Shown: positions 1 to 10,480, counted from the stretch's first letter. The stretch is 64,000 bases of DNA from an uncultured Poribacteria bacterium (GCA_951813565.1 OX638351.1:1152001-1216000), one strand, 5' to 3'. Program-made: numbers and translations. Notes: a model not told the origin generated them from the sequence alone.

Positions 1-972
1 TTCTCCTAATTTTTCTCGCAGATAGGGGAGTGATTTTTCTCTAACATCGGGATTTTCCAGATTTGCTAACATTTCATCAGGTGTACCTGTCTGATATTCC
101 ATTGGGAGCATCATTGCAAGGTGTGTCATCCCTGCTGGATAGAGATAAGATTCAAATGTCAAATCTATGCCTTCACGTTCAACTCGCTCAAGCACGTCCG
201 CCGATTCATCATCAACGCGTTCATGTGAAATATGGACTGGAATCTCTGCCTGTTGCGCAATTTCAATTGTTTCCTCCCAAGCAGGTTTTCTACCAATAAG
301 TTGGTAACGGATGTGTGCAGCGTAGATGGCATCGTAACTTGCTGCTACCTTTGAAAGATAGACTAACTCGTTCAAGTCAGCATTTGCAGAGGGTTGATAA
401 TCCAGACCTAAACAGAGACAACATGCCCCCGCTTCAAGCCATTCGCGTGTGGTTTGCTCCATCGCTTTCAGTTCATCGGTGGTAGCAGGACGTGCATCCC
501 ATCCCATCGCACCGAGACGGACAGCGCAATGCGGCACTTGCGGGTAGAGGTTTGCAGGAATTTGCCCATCGAACATACTGAGATATTCGTCTGGTGTTTG
601 CCAATTTAGCGGAACTTTGTCATCTCCATACGCAAATTGCGTATAGTGCCATAGTTCTTGTGCGAGTTTTGAGGGCAAAGGTGCCCATCCAAAACCGTCT
701 GGTGCCGCTAAATGAGTGGTTACACCCTGCATTACAGCAGCAAACTGGTCACGCCCACCCAGTAGTGAGATTTCAGAATGAACGTGAACATCAACGAAGC
801 CGGGACACACAACCAATCCATCTGCTGATATTCGCCGTGAGGCTTCCGCTTTTTGTAAATTGCCTATTTCTGTGATCTGACCGCCATGAATACCGATATC
901 TGCAACATAAGGTTCCCGTTTTCCTGTGCCATCAACGATGTTTCCACCGGCAATAATAATATCAAATGCCAC
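1..972 (-). CDS. N-acyl-D-amino-acid deacylase / amidohydrolase family protein (3' end beyond window)
   Basis: Not in the ORF track. Manual translation from GTG at 972 (GGAGG SD upstream) gives MAFDIIIAGGNIVDGTG...ADIGI...VCPGFVDVHVHSE, the typical amidohydrolase N-terminus with HxH metal motif. Confidence 0.85.
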   Translation of the reverse strand, partial: MAFDIIIAGGNIVDGTGKREPYVADIGIHGGQITEIGNLQKAEASRRISADGLVVCPGFVDVHVHSEISLLGGRDQFAAVMQGVTTHLAAPDGFGWAPLPSKLAQELWHYTQFAYGDDKVPLNWQTPDEYLSMFDGQIPANLYPQVPHCAVRLGAMGWDARPATTDELKAMEQTTREWLEAGACCLCLGLDYQPSANADLNELVYLSKVAASYDAIYAAHIRYQLIGRKPAWEETIEIAQQAEIPVHISHERVDDESADVLERVEREGIDLTFESYLYPAGMTHLAMMLPMEYQTGTPDEMLANLENPDVREKSLPYLREKLGE

Positions 973-988
973 CAATCCCTCCTATAAT

Positions 989-1192
989 AACTCAAGTTGC
1001 TACCTATTTCGCAAATTCTCTTGTAGGAGGGGTTTCTAACCCCGATTTAGAACAAAAAACATAAGAATCAGCGAAAAAGCCTTGTTTTTTCAGTAAAAAG
1101 CAGTGTTTGCTAACTTGAAATCTTGTCCGTAGCAACTTAGGTTAAAATACAATGGCTGCCGGCTCAAAATCTTATAGGTAGCAACTTAGATT
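989..1192. mobile_element. MITE-like element, family A (TIR ACYYAAGTTGCTAC), carrying a REP-like hairpin
   Basis: Starts aactcaagttgctac; has two right ends gtagcaactta (ending about 1143 and 1192); ATAAT flanks both sides. 989-1143 is a diverged inverted copy of 44528-44679. Confidence 0.7.
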
Positions 1193-1311
1193 ATAATAGT
1201 ACTATTCTTCAATCCGAAAAGTGTAGAAGAAATACGTTTTGACCTGTCTTTGAATAATGGTTGAATTATAACATATTCCAGTGATCCATTCAATACTGTC
1301 TATATTCAGTT

Positions 1312-1433
1312 CAGGGTTATTTAGTTTTAGGGTTTTTGCCCATTTTCGTCAAAAAGTCGCGAGCTGGAGCTCGCTCCTACAGCAAGAGGGGCATTCAAGA
1401 ATAACCGAAAATATGGAGAACTGAATAACCCTG
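1312..1433. mobile_element. 122-bp MITE (CAG...CTG ends, about 10-bp TSD, ISAs1-like)
   Basis: TIR cagggttatttag / ctgaataaccctg; flanks atattcagtt / gtattcagtt; internal REP gtcgcgagctggagctcgctcctaca. Confidence 0.7.
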
Positions 1434-1570
1434 GTATTCAGTTGCTTATTTCACTTGCTTCTGTTATACTTGCATGACATAAACAGATAGATTAGATATG
1501 TTAATTTTCTTTACAAACTTCTGAATGATGTGTTAAAATTAAGGAAAGGTTTTATAGATAGTAGTTGTAA

Positions 1571-2443
1571 TTGTCAGCAAATATTGACGCATGCAATTTG
1601 GTGAAAACGTTGATTGATAAGAAACTGTTTCGAGAGAAATTCTTTCTCCATCTTATTAGTAACCCTTACGTCATTTACCCATTTGCGGCGGGTGTGCTTG
1701 GCGTTTTCGCGTCATGGGTGTTTAATTTAGAACCGAAGATTCTCTACTTATTCGCAAGTACTGTCATCGGTATCGGTCTTCCTATTGGTGCGCTGATAAC
1801 AAAGTGGACAACTGGCACGGACGACATCGCAAAACGCGTTCATGAAGAGATACTCCACGAAGCACAGCAAAGACAGGAACAGGAACTGAATGCGTTACAT
1901 GAACAGTTAGAAAAGGATGGAGACAAAAGAACAGAACAGATGCTGGAGGAACTTCGTGCCTTACACCAATCTTTTCAGGAGGAAGCACGGGACGCTGGTT
2001 GGATGGCAACCCTTCCTATTACGGTAAGTGCAGAAATTACCGGTAAGGTCACTGAACTTTTTACGCAAGCCGTTCAGTGTTTGAAAGATACGTTGAAAAT
2101 GCATGAGAAATCAAAAGATTCGCAATTAGCAACTGTCAAGCAAGTTCTGCAACAACACCGAGAACAGCAGATAGCAGACGTTCAGCAAACAATTGTTCAA
2201 CTTTCACATCTCTATGCACGTGTGCTTACGCTTAGTCCTGAAAGTAATGAGACAGAACTCTCACGACTACGCACGGAACTTGACGAAAGCCTCGCTTTTG
2301 CGAAGAAGGTTGATGAACAGATACGGGAGTTTACGCCAAATATTGATAAAGAGATACGTCAAACGAGTCATTCATTAGAAGACGCCCATACTGTGACTGT
2401 GCACCCGAAAGTAGAATCTACGGAAGAAAGCAAGTTTCAATAA
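1571..2443 (+). CDS. Membrane-anchored coiled-coil protein (2 N-terminal TM helices)
   Basis: Two hydrophobic segments followed by a long Q/E/L-rich helical region; first gene of the PspA-like cluster. Start uncertain. Confidence 0.7.
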   Translation: MSANIDACNLVKTLIDKKLFREKFFLHLISNPYVIYPFAAGVLGVFASWVFNLEPKILYLFASTVIGIGLPIGALITKWTTGTDDIAKRVHEEILHEAQQRQEQELNALHEQLEKDGDKRTEQMLEELRALHQSFQEEARDAGWMATLPITVSAEITGKVTELFTQAVQCLKDTLKMHEKSKDSQLATVKQVLQQHREQQIADVQQTIVQLSHLYARVLTLSPESNETELSRLRTELDESLAFAKKVDEQIREFTPNIDKEIRQTSHSLEDAHTVTVHPKVESTEESKFQ

Positions 2444-2490
2444 GTTGTTAATTGTAGGCGAACTTAATCTCATAATAAGGAAGAATTCCA

Positions 2491-3166
2491 ATGTTAAACG
2501 GCATTACCCGTTATTTCAAAGGAATCTGGTATGCGCTTATTGGTCAGGCACAGAGGCAGAGCAATAGACACACGCATAATCTAAAAGCAGTACGAGCTGC
2601 CTATGAAGTCCTAATCCGTGTTAAGCAGGAGGATGTCCAGAATTACAAACAGGTGATTGGGCAAACAATCGCGCTGATTGAACAAAAGAAAAATGCCCTT
2701 ACGGGTGTTACAAACGACATTGACAAGCTCGAACAGATGAAGACAGGCGCAATTGATAAGGCAAAAAACACTGCCGCTGAACTACAAAAAACGGGTTTAT
2801 CAGCAGAGGAAATAGAACAGCATCCAGACTATGTCCGACATATTACTTCTTATAATGATTATCACTCCACATTGGAGGAGAAAAACGCGCGCATTGATGA
2901 ACTTAAGCAGGATATTGGACGCGCGCAGGAAGACATTGAAACGCATAAACTTCAGATAACCAGTCTCCATCGTGATCTGAATAAGCTTAAGACACAACAA
3001 TCTGACGCTGCACGTGAACCAAAGGGAAATCAGTGATATGTTATCAGGTATTAGTATGAATGATATTTCAGCGGATTTGATAAAGATACAGGAAGAAATT
3101 CGGCAGAAAGAGGCTGAAGGTGTTAATGAACAATCAGAAACGGATGGAGACAAAAAACCGAAGTAG
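2491..3166 (+). pseudogene. Frameshifted paralog of the PspA-like gene at 4066
   Basis: High similarity to 4066..4902 (TSYNDYHSTLEEKNARIDEL...HKLQITSLHRDL). An 18-nt deletion and a +1 insertion near 3019 give a stop at 3036; the shifted frame continues EISDMLSGIS (cf. EVADMLSGIS) to TAG at 3166. Confidence 0.75.
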
Positions 3167-3296
3167 TTGCAGTAAGAATTCGTACCCTGAGTCAATCTAT
3201 AACAGCAATAAAATAAATGTCTGCGGAAGAAGGAAAACTCCAATAATGTGTTGCTTCAAATAATGGCAAGCGACAGCAAGACAATCAGGAAAATAA

Positions 3297-3824
3297 ATGC
3301 TTGAAACGTTTGAACCTGACATCTTCAAAAAGACCTACATGTCCTATTATCGAAAATGGTGCGTTGCATGGGGTGTTATAATGGTTTTACTTGTTGCATT
3401 GATTGTAACATCATATACCATAAACTCCGAGTCTCAAATTATTGCAACAGGTCTTTTCGTGATTGACCGTATCGCCCTAGGGATCCTAACGGGTTATGGT
3501 TTGATCGGTATTGCTGTTGTATATGCTTTTGCGATTCTTGCTATGAGTCCTGGCCAAGCATTAGGAATTATAGCAATCGGTGGTATAAATGCATGCGGTA
3601 TTATCGCAATTGGGGTTAATGCTGGTGGTATTATAGCGCTCGGTATAAATGCTTATGGAGTTATTGCTATCGGTCCACATGCTTGGGGGATTTATACATT
3701 ATCTAATTCTGAATTTGGCAAAGGCAGATATAGATTTTCACCTAACCATCAAGATGAACAAGCAGTCAAATTCTTTACACATTTTATGCCAAAATTGAAC
3801 ACAGCATTTTCACCTAACTCTTGA
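3297..3824 (+). CDS. Membrane protein with tandem GIIAIG-type glycine repeats
   Basis: TM helices plus 4 repeats (GIIAIGGINAC/GIIAIGVNAG/GIIALGINAY/GVIAIGPHAW). Confidence 0.7.
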   Translation: MLETFEPDIFKKTYMSYYRKWCVAWGVIMVLLVALIVTSYTINSESQIIATGLFVIDRIALGILTGYGLIGIAVVYAFAILAMSPGQALGIIAIGGINACGIIAIGVNAGGIIALGINAYGVIAIGPHAWGIYTLSNSEFGKGRYRFSPNHQDEQAVKFFTHFMPKLNTAFSPNS

Positions 3825-3843
3825 CGTATAAAATATGGATAAA

Positions 3844-3965
3844 CAGTGGTATTCAATTGTCGACTTATTACCTGTTTTAATCTAAAAGGTCGCGAGCTGG
3901 AGTTCGCTCCTACAGGAAGAGGCTTTTTTAAAGAAGGAAATTTATTGGAAAATTGAATGGCTCTG
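3844..3965. mobile_element. 122-bp MITE with perfect 10-bp TSD
   Basis: TSD tatggataaa at 3834-3843 and 3966-3975; imperfect TIR cagtggtattcaatt / aattgaatggctctg; internal REP gtcgcgagctggagttcgctcctaca. Confidence 0.8.
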
Positions 3966-4065
3966 TATGGATAAACACCATAACTTGTTTTAAGGTTGTA
4001 ATTATTGTAAAATTCAGGAATAGATTTCAAATCAAATTTAATCTCACACTCAGGAGGATTTACTA

Positions 4066-4902
4066 ATGGCAAACGGTTTTACTCGTTTTTTCAAAGCAAT
4101 CTGGTATTCACTAACTGGTCGTGCACACGAGCAGGCTGATAAGCTTATGGAAAACCCCGAAGCAGTGCGCGGTGCTTATGAAGATATTATCCGTGACAAA
4201 CAGGGGAATATCCAACGCTACAAAAATGCGATTGGGCAACTGATTGCACTTGTTGAACAGAAAAAGAATTCACTCAAGGGTCTCACAGATGACATAGACA
4301 AACTTGAACAGATGAAGGCGGGGGCAATCGCTAAGGCGAAAAGCACAGCCGCAGAACTAAAAAATTCAGGAACACCGGACGAGGAGATCAAACAGGATCC
4401 AGACTACGTCCGATGTGTTACCTCTTACAACGATTTTCACTCCACTTTGGAGGAGAAAAACGCTCGTATTGATGAACTTGAGCAGGATATTGAACGCGCC
4501 CAAGAAGACATTGAATCCCATAAACTTCAGATTACCGGCCTCCATCGTGATCTGGAAAAAATTAAGACAGAGCAATCTGAAGCGGTTGCCGATCTTATTA
4601 CTGCACGTGAGCAAGAGGAAGTCGCGGATATGCTATCAGGTATTAGTACGGATGGCACTTCAGCAGAATTGACACGGATGCGAGAAATTCGGGAAAAAGC
4701 AAAGGGACGTTCCAAAGTCGCACAAGAACTCGCTGGTACTGATTCGCGCGCTGAAGAAGAAGAATTTCTTGCCGCGGCACGTTCTACTTCTGCTACTGAT
4801 GAATTTGATTCCTTAATCTTCGGAGCGCAACAAACGGATACCGAGAAGAAAACTGATGATTCCGAAGAAGAAAAAGAAAGTAATTCTGAACTGCCTTTAT
4901 AA
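4066..4902 (+). CDS. PspA/IM30 (ESCRT-III-like) coiled-coil protein
   Basis: AGGAGG SD; amphipathic N-helix (FTRFFKAIW), 'DKLMENPE' turn, long helical hairpin, acidic tail. This is PspA/Vipp1-like architecture. Confidence 0.7.
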   Translation: MANGFTRFFKAIWYSLTGRAHEQADKLMENPEAVRGAYEDIIRDKQGNIQRYKNAIGQLIALVEQKKNSLKGLTDDIDKLEQMKAGAIAKAKSTAAELKNSGTPDEEIKQDPDYVRCVTSYNDFHSTLEEKNARIDELEQDIERAQEDIESHKLQITGLHRDLEKIKTEQSEAVADLITAREQEEVADMLSGISTDGTSAELTRMREIREKAKGRSKVAQELAGTDSRAEEEEFLAAARSTSATDEFDSLIFGAQQTDTEKKTDDSEEEKESNSELPL

Positions 4903-5113
4903 AAGTACTCATCGTGGATTGGCGAAGATTCGCGGACTTTGTGCCTCTTGTTAACTTAATTATTGTAAATTTTTCAAATAACGATACACCGTTGGTCGGC
5001 GCGTTTTTGTAAGCACGCCGACCAATAGGTGTTATATATTTTTGTATTTCACCGTGAATGTGAAGTATAGATGTCCGCGTCCTACGGAGGGAAGTGGGAA
5101 AAAGGAGGGTGAT

Positions 5114-6916
5114 GTGAACGTTAACACGTGGCATCAGGAAAATACACCGAATAGTTGGGAAGTTATCTTGGAAGGTTTAAAGGATTTTGAATCCCATGTA
5201 ACAGAAATTAATGAGAAAAAAAAGAGCGCTCCGATTCCAACTGAAACGCTTAAAAAGTTTTTTGATCTCCATAATACGTTAGTAGTGGAAACAGACAAAG
5301 TATCCCATTCATCTGAACAAAACGCCTCAATAGATATTTCATCCGGTGTCTTGGACAATATTTTTATCGAAGCGATTTGGTTATCCCTTGACCAGTATCC
5401 TGCAATTGTCAACCATTCCAATATTGAAAATATTGACACGGCTGGTTCTAAAATCTTCACCCTCTTTACAGCAGATGCCCCAACACAAAAATCAGAACAG
5501 GAAGACCTGAAGGCGCTGCTCCAAGATATATTCCATATAGATTCTAAAGCATTAGACAAACTGACGAAAAACCTCGCCATTCGAACTGCCCCTCTCATGC
5601 ATCGACATCAAATTATGCGATGTTTACAGAATCGCTTTAATTTAGTGTCCGATAACCCCCAACTTGATGCCGACATCCTTCGTCTCTTTCAGTGTTTATA
5701 TCCAGGCGCGCCTTTTGAAGTTGGCGAAGTCCGATTGATAAAAACCTGTTCTGCACTCTATTTTTGCCTACCTTCTGAAATAAAGGAAGATCCTGCCAAT
5801 ACGCTCAATGAACAAATACCCATTACAACAGATAGAACTCTTAAAAAACAATCTGGTAAAAATTTTAGTTACGCACAATTTCTACGAAGAATTTGGCAAG
5901 TTGAACCGTTTGCACATTTTCCTGTTTTTGGCACTTTTAATGCAGAAGGCTTAGATTTAAAGCTCCGAGAAGAAATTGCCAAAGATGCTGCACTGTCTGT
6001 TGAATTGGTTACGACTACGCTCACACGAATGGTCGGTGTTCTCCCATTGGAAGAACTTGATAAATATCTCATTCATGATACATGGGGACACCAGTGGCAA
6101 GAGAGTTTACTCGATTTTGAGGACCTTTATACCGAATTATCCCTCTTTAATCGGCCGTTATCCTTGACTGAATCTGCCTCAGTTTTAGGTGAACAGACTA
6201 CATTCGCTGAAGCATTCGTTAAAACGACTTCTGGAGAAATTCACCTTGATACTGAAAAAATTACGAAATTCATTGATGCCGAACTTTATGAACGTTCAAT
6301 CATAGCCTTTACACCTATTCTGGCAGAGATGTTAGCAGATGTCGTGGAATATAAATTCTTGCAACTACATCCTGAGCAAGCACATCTTTTGCCGAGTTCT
6401 TCTTTGCTTAAGGCTTTTCCGAGCAAACTTGACTTGACACTTGCAGACCTTCGCAATTGTTTTGAACGAGCCTCTGAAGCATTTCAAACGTGGGTGGATT
6501 CTGATGAAGCAAAACACCGAATACATGCTGAGGTTTGTGAACAACTCGATATTCCAGATAAAGAGATGAATCGCCAAGAATTAGATGATGTCCTTGAAAA
6601 AGCGGTGCAGCTTTGTAAAGAACGGCTTGACCTTTTTTATAAACCGGAATGGTTTTGGGAGAAAACAGCAGATGATTGCCTAAAACTCAACGCGTTTAGT
6701 TTTGCCGCGCTAAATTTTCTCCGAATTCATACTGCATTTCTCCAAACTTATGAAACACTTTCACAAATTGAGACAAAATATAGTTTCAAAGACACGCTTG
6801 TTTTAGCAATGGGAACATTTTTTGAAGTGGAACCACAAAGGAATATATGGCATCTCGAACAGTTTTTAACTGAAGGTTTTCTGCCACGATGGAAAAAGTT
6901 GGCTGAAGCAGGTTAA
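5114..6916 (+). CDS. Hypothetical protein with HDxxGH putative metal-binding motif
   Basis: About 600-aa ORF; GTG at 5114 follows an AAGGAGG SD; motif LIHDTWGHQWQE and downstream AEMLAD. Confidence 0.75.
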   Translation: MNVNTWHQENTPNSWEVILEGLKDFESHVTEINEKKKSAPIPTETLKKFFDLHNTLVVETDKVSHSSEQNASIDISSGVLDNIFIEAIWLSLDQYPAIVNHSNIENIDTAGSKIFTLFTADAPTQKSEQEDLKALLQDIFHIDSKALDKLTKNLAIRTAPLMHRHQIMRCLQNRFNLVSDNPQLDADILRLFQCLYPGAPFEVGEVRLIKTCSALYFCLPSEIKEDPANTLNEQIPITTDRTLKKQSGKNFSYAQFLRRIWQVEPFAHFPVFGTFNAEGLDLKLREEIAKDAALSVELVTTTLTRMVGVLPLEELDKYLIHDTWGHQWQESLLDFEDLYTELSLFNRPLSLTESASVLGEQTTFAEAFVKTTSGEIHLDTEKITKFIDAELYERSIIAFTPILAEMLADVVEYKFLQLHPEQAHLLPSSSLLKAFPSKLDLTLADLRNCFERASEAFQTWVDSDEAKHRIHAEVCEQLDIPDKEMNRQELDDVLEKAVQLCKERLDLFYKPEWFWEKTADDCLKLNAFSFAALNFLRIHTAFLQTYETLSQIETKYSFKDTLVLAMGTFFEVEPQRNIWHLEQFLTEGFLPRWKKLAEAG

Positions 6917-6919
6917 TGT

Positions 6920-8812
6920 TTGCAAACATGCAACCTTAGAAGAACGGAGGGAAGAACCATAGCCGTTAAAGATCCAACTTACAAATTCCGCACAGAAGCT
7001 GGAATGCTTATTAATTCTGGCACGTCGCGAAGCATTGTGCTTCACGGGAATATCCACGATCTCTTTTTCGTTGAAGAATCAGGAGAGGAGGATTACATAC
7101 CGCTTGTTCCGTTCCTTACACGGAGTTGGGATATTTCGGGTTTTATCCTCATAGTATATGAACTCAATGGACCGCTCCGTTTTCTGCATGCAAGCGACCG
7201 AGAAAAGGTGAAAAACGCTTTCAACTTATGGCGAGGGGATAGCGAACCTTCACAGAAAAAAACGACCAGTATTTTCGCGCTTCCCAGTAGGGAGGAAGAC
7301 CCCAACAATAAACCAAATAAATCCTTAGATGCGTCTGATGGCTTATTTGAGCAGTATCTGAACGATGCAATCGGTAGTCCGACATTAGCACATGAACTGC
7401 TACGACAATTCTGTCTGATTTCGCGATCTACTAATGCTCGCGGAGAAAAGTTTTTACAGGAAAAGTTACTCATCTTTATAGAAGCAACAGATATGTTACT
7501 CCCTGAAGGGGAAATCCGCAGTTTGAGTTTAGCTGACAGACAAAGGGTTAGCATCGTGCAGGATTGGATTTCTGATTCCGATTTCATGAAGGCTACTGAT
7601 ACGGTTGTCTTCATTGCTGAATCAAAAAGCCTGATAAACTCACGTATTATGCGCTTGCCGCAAGTTGTTGATGTAGAAATTCAATCCCCACAAGTAGAAG
7701 AGCGAAGACATTTTATTTCATGGTTTAATAGAACCCAAAAACCTGCCAAAAAGGAGTTAAATTTATGGGGTAGCCAATCTCAGCTTGCGGTGTTAACGGC
7801 AGGATTATCCATTCAAGCTTTGCGCCAATTGCTTGTTTCAGCCTGTTATTCAGGAGAAAAACTGCGTCCAGACAACGTAATAGAAAAAGTATCTGAATTT
7901 ATCCAAGCGCAGTTGGGAGAGGATGTCGTAGAATTCAAAAAACCTGCACATTCCCTCAAAGATATTATAGGCAACCAGAAATTGATTGAGTTCTTGAGGA
8001 CACAGATAATTCCGCGTATCACATCTACTGGAAAAGATTCTATCTCAGGACTGAGCGTTTGCGGACCTATCGGCAGCGGAAAAACTTTTATCTTTGAAGG
8101 ACTCGCAGGAGAACTTGACATCCCTGTGCTTGTGCTTAAGAACATTCGGAGCATGTGGTTTGGACAGACGGATGTCATCTTTGAACGTCTCAGACGTTTA
8201 CTGATGGCACTCGTGAATGTGCTAATTTTTGTTGATGAAGCGGATACGCAGTTCGGGGATGTCGGAAGGGACGCACACGCAACTGAACGTAGACTTACAG
8301 GAAAAATACAAGCGATGATGTCTGACCCACAGTTACGCGGCAATATCACATGGCTGCTGATGACAGCACGCATCTATAATCTTTCCCCTGACTTACGCAG
8401 GGAGGGTAGGGTTGGAGACATCGTAATTCCAGTCCTCGACCCAACAGGTGAAGACCGTGAGACATTTTTACGTTGGACATTGAGCAACGTTTTCAGTGGC
8501 GATATTCCAGATGAGGCGTTTAAACTCCTTCTATCGCTGACTGAAGGCTATTCAGCAGCGAGTTTCGCATCTCTCCGTGCTGACCTTGAAGCTGCCAAAA
8601 ACCGCGAAGGAAAGTTATCTGTAGACGAAATAATTGATGTAATCTCGGATAGGATTCTGCCCAATATCGGTCCAATTCGGCGCTATCAAACCTTACAAGC
8701 TTTTCTGAATTGTACCCGCAAATCCTTACTTCCGGTGGACTACTCCCCAGAAACACGTGAATCGTGGTTAGAACAAATAGCGCAGTTAGAAGCTATGGGA
8801 ATTAGAGGCTGA
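6920..8812 (+). CDS. AAA+ ATPase (degenerate N-terminal plus active C-terminal AAA module; Ycf46/Vps4-like group)
   Basis: Walker A GPIGSGKT, pore loop SMWFGQT, Walker B IFVDEAD, SRH SPDLRREGR. The best SD (GGAGG at 6946) precedes an in-frame ATA at 6959, so the start is uncertain. Confidence 0.85.
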   Translation: MQTCNLRRTEGRTIAVKDPTYKFRTEAGMLINSGTSRSIVLHGNIHDLFFVEESGEEDYIPLVPFLTRSWDISGFILIVYELNGPLRFLHASDREKVKNAFNLWRGDSEPSQKKTTSIFALPSREEDPNNKPNKSLDASDGLFEQYLNDAIGSPTLAHELLRQFCLISRSTNARGEKFLQEKLLIFIEATDMLLPEGEIRSLSLADRQRVSIVQDWISDSDFMKATDTVVFIAESKSLINSRIMRLPQVVDVEIQSPQVEERRHFISWFNRTQKPAKKELNLWGSQSQLAVLTAGLSIQALRQLLVSACYSGEKLRPDNVIEKVSEFIQAQLGEDVVEFKKPAHSLKDIIGNQKLIEFLRTQIIPRITSTGKDSISGLSVCGPIGSGKTFIFEGLAGELDIPVLVLKNIRSMWFGQTDVIFERLRRLLMALVNVLIFVDEADTQFGDVGRDAHATERRLTGKIQAMMSDPQLRGNITWLLMTARIYNLSPDLRREGRVGDIVIPVLDPTGEDRETFLRWTLSNVFSGDIPDEAFKLLLSLTEGYSAASFASLRADLEAAKNREGKLSVDEIIDVISDRILPNIGPIRRYQTLQAFLNCTRKSLLPVDYSPETRESWLEQIAQLEAMGIRG

Positions 8813-8851
8813 CAGGAATACAGCCAATACAAAATACACAGACAGTCTCCA

Positions 8852-10000
8852 TTAACTTATACTGATAACCTTCCCACTTGCAGCAGAACGGTATCCAGCA
8901 CAAATAATTTCAACGGAATGTGCAGCAAATTCAGCGTTCATCTCACTCTCAACTCCATTTTCAATACAATCTATAAACGCGCTAAATTCACTTGGTCCAT
9001 CATTTCCACTGCCGACATCAATCCAGTGCTGCTTTGGTTGCATTTTAATTTCTGCCTGTGTGCTACTCCACATACCCATCGGGTCAAGCGGGTGCGGTGT
9101 CGGCGGCTCAAATGCTGGTTCTGCGGCAAACACTTCTAACCTATTCACCGAAGCGTCAAATGTCAGTGTAGCCTCAGTGCCGACGAGGTGAACCTTTCGT
9201 AAGCCTCCTTGCGCATGGCTTTGCCAACCGTAACGGCCCGCAGCTACCGTTGCGGTAATATCATTTTCTAATGTTAAGACCAACGCGCCGAAATCCTCTA
9301 AGTCACAGCCGTGATGTTCTTTAAAAAAGTAATTTGCCGTTCCACCAAACACGCGCTGCACTCGTTTCTGTGTCAACCAATTCACCATTGACACAGCATA
9401 AACACCAATATCAAACATTTCTGGTTTTGCTTCCACAAAACTATACTGTTCCAAATTCGGTTTCTGTATCCGTTTTTTACCGACAGGTGCAGTTCCTGGA
9501 TGTCCTTTCGCAAACATGACATCGCAATGAATCGCTTGTAGTTTACCGATGTGTCCACTGTCTAATCCTTGTTTGACCGTCCGTGCCCATGTGCTATGTA
9601 TGTTACTGAACATCTGTGTGCGAACACCGCTTTTTGTAACAGCATCAACAATCTGTTGTGCCTGTTCAGCGTTGAGTGCCATTGGTTTATCAAGGTAGAC
9701 GTGCTTTCCTGCTTCTGCACATTTCGTTCCAACACGACCACGCCTTTCAACTTCTGTGCAGAGACTTACAATATGCACATCATCACGCGCTAACGCCTCA
9801 TCAAGGTCAGGAATGAAGGGCAAGTTTAATTCTTCTGCGAGGGAACGTGCCAATGCAACCCGTTCCGCAGGCGCATCTTGCTCATCAGCAAAGGCAATAA
9901 GTTGACATCGGGAATCATTCGCAAAAAGTTGTGCATAATTTTCTTGATGTGTGCGATGTCCACCGAGCAGTAGGACACCGTATTTTCCGTTTTTTTCCAT
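8852..10000 (-). CDS. Gfo/Idh/MocA family oxidoreductase
   Basis: Rossmann-like N-terminus; AGKHVYLDKPMA motif. Confidence 0.9.
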   Translation of the reverse strand: MEKNGKYGVLLLGGHRTHQENYAQLFANDSRCQLIAFADEQDAPAERVALARSLAEELNLPFIPDLDEALARDDVHIVSLCTEVERRGRVGTKCAEAGKHVYLDKPMALNAEQAQQIVDAVTKSGVRTQMFSNIHSTWARTVKQGLDSGHIGKLQAIHCDVMFAKGHPGTAPVGKKRIQKPNLEQYSFVEAKPEMFDIGVYAVSMVNWLTQKRVQRVFGGTANYFFKEHHGCDLEDFGALVLTLENDITATVAAGRYGWQSHAQGGLRKVHLVGTEATLTFDASVNRLEVFAAEPAFEPPTPHPLDPMGMWSSTQAEIKMQPKQHWIDVGSGNDGPSEFSAFIDCIENGVESEMNAEFAAHSVEIICAGYRSAASGKVISIS

Positions 10001-10002
10001 GT

Positions 10003-10446
10003 TTATCCCTCCACCACTATAGGCTGACCAGTTGCAAGTGCGTTAGAGATAGTCTCAGTAAGTTCTCCTGTACTACCGAGTCGAGGCGGGGTAGCACTCA
10101 GATGATGCCTGCCAATTGGCGTTTCATGGTAAATAACGCCTTTATTTCCAACCAACATAATGTCAATGGCAGTTTCAGTATCAACTCGATTGATACTCAG
10201 CACTGCCATCTGACCATCTACATATTCCACCATTACCGTGACCTGTATTGCGTCAGTATCCCCTTGGGCATAGACGCGCTGCGGTTGGGATGGTATCCAT
10301 CCGTTTGATAGCGCAACCATTTCTGCAGTAGGCTGCAGTAGGCTGCTTGTTTCACTTGCAATATTAAGTACACATCTTAAAAACACTGGACTCCCAATCC
10401 GATTCTGCTTGATTACAGAATCAATTGATTTTTTAAGCGATTCCAT
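10003..10446 (-). CDS. Small protein resembling a Gfo/Idh/MocA C-terminal fragment
   Basis: AAGGAG SD; IGSPVFLR...LVGNKGVI pattern; co-transcribed with the oxidoreductase. Confidence 0.6.
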   Translation of the reverse strand: MESLKKSIDSVIKQNRIGSPVFLRCVLNIASETSSLLQPTAEMVALSNGWIPSQPQRVYAQGDTDAIQVTVMVEYVDGQMAVLSINRVDTETAIDIMLVGNKGVIYHETPIGRHHLSATPPRLGSTGELTETISNALATGQPIVVEG

Positions 10447-10480
10447 TTATTCTCCTTCTAAATTTGATAATAGAAAAAAT

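Noticed and set aside
63..875. Plus-strand ORFs 63..299 and 594..875
   Set aside because: Shadows of the minus-strand amidohydrolase gene.
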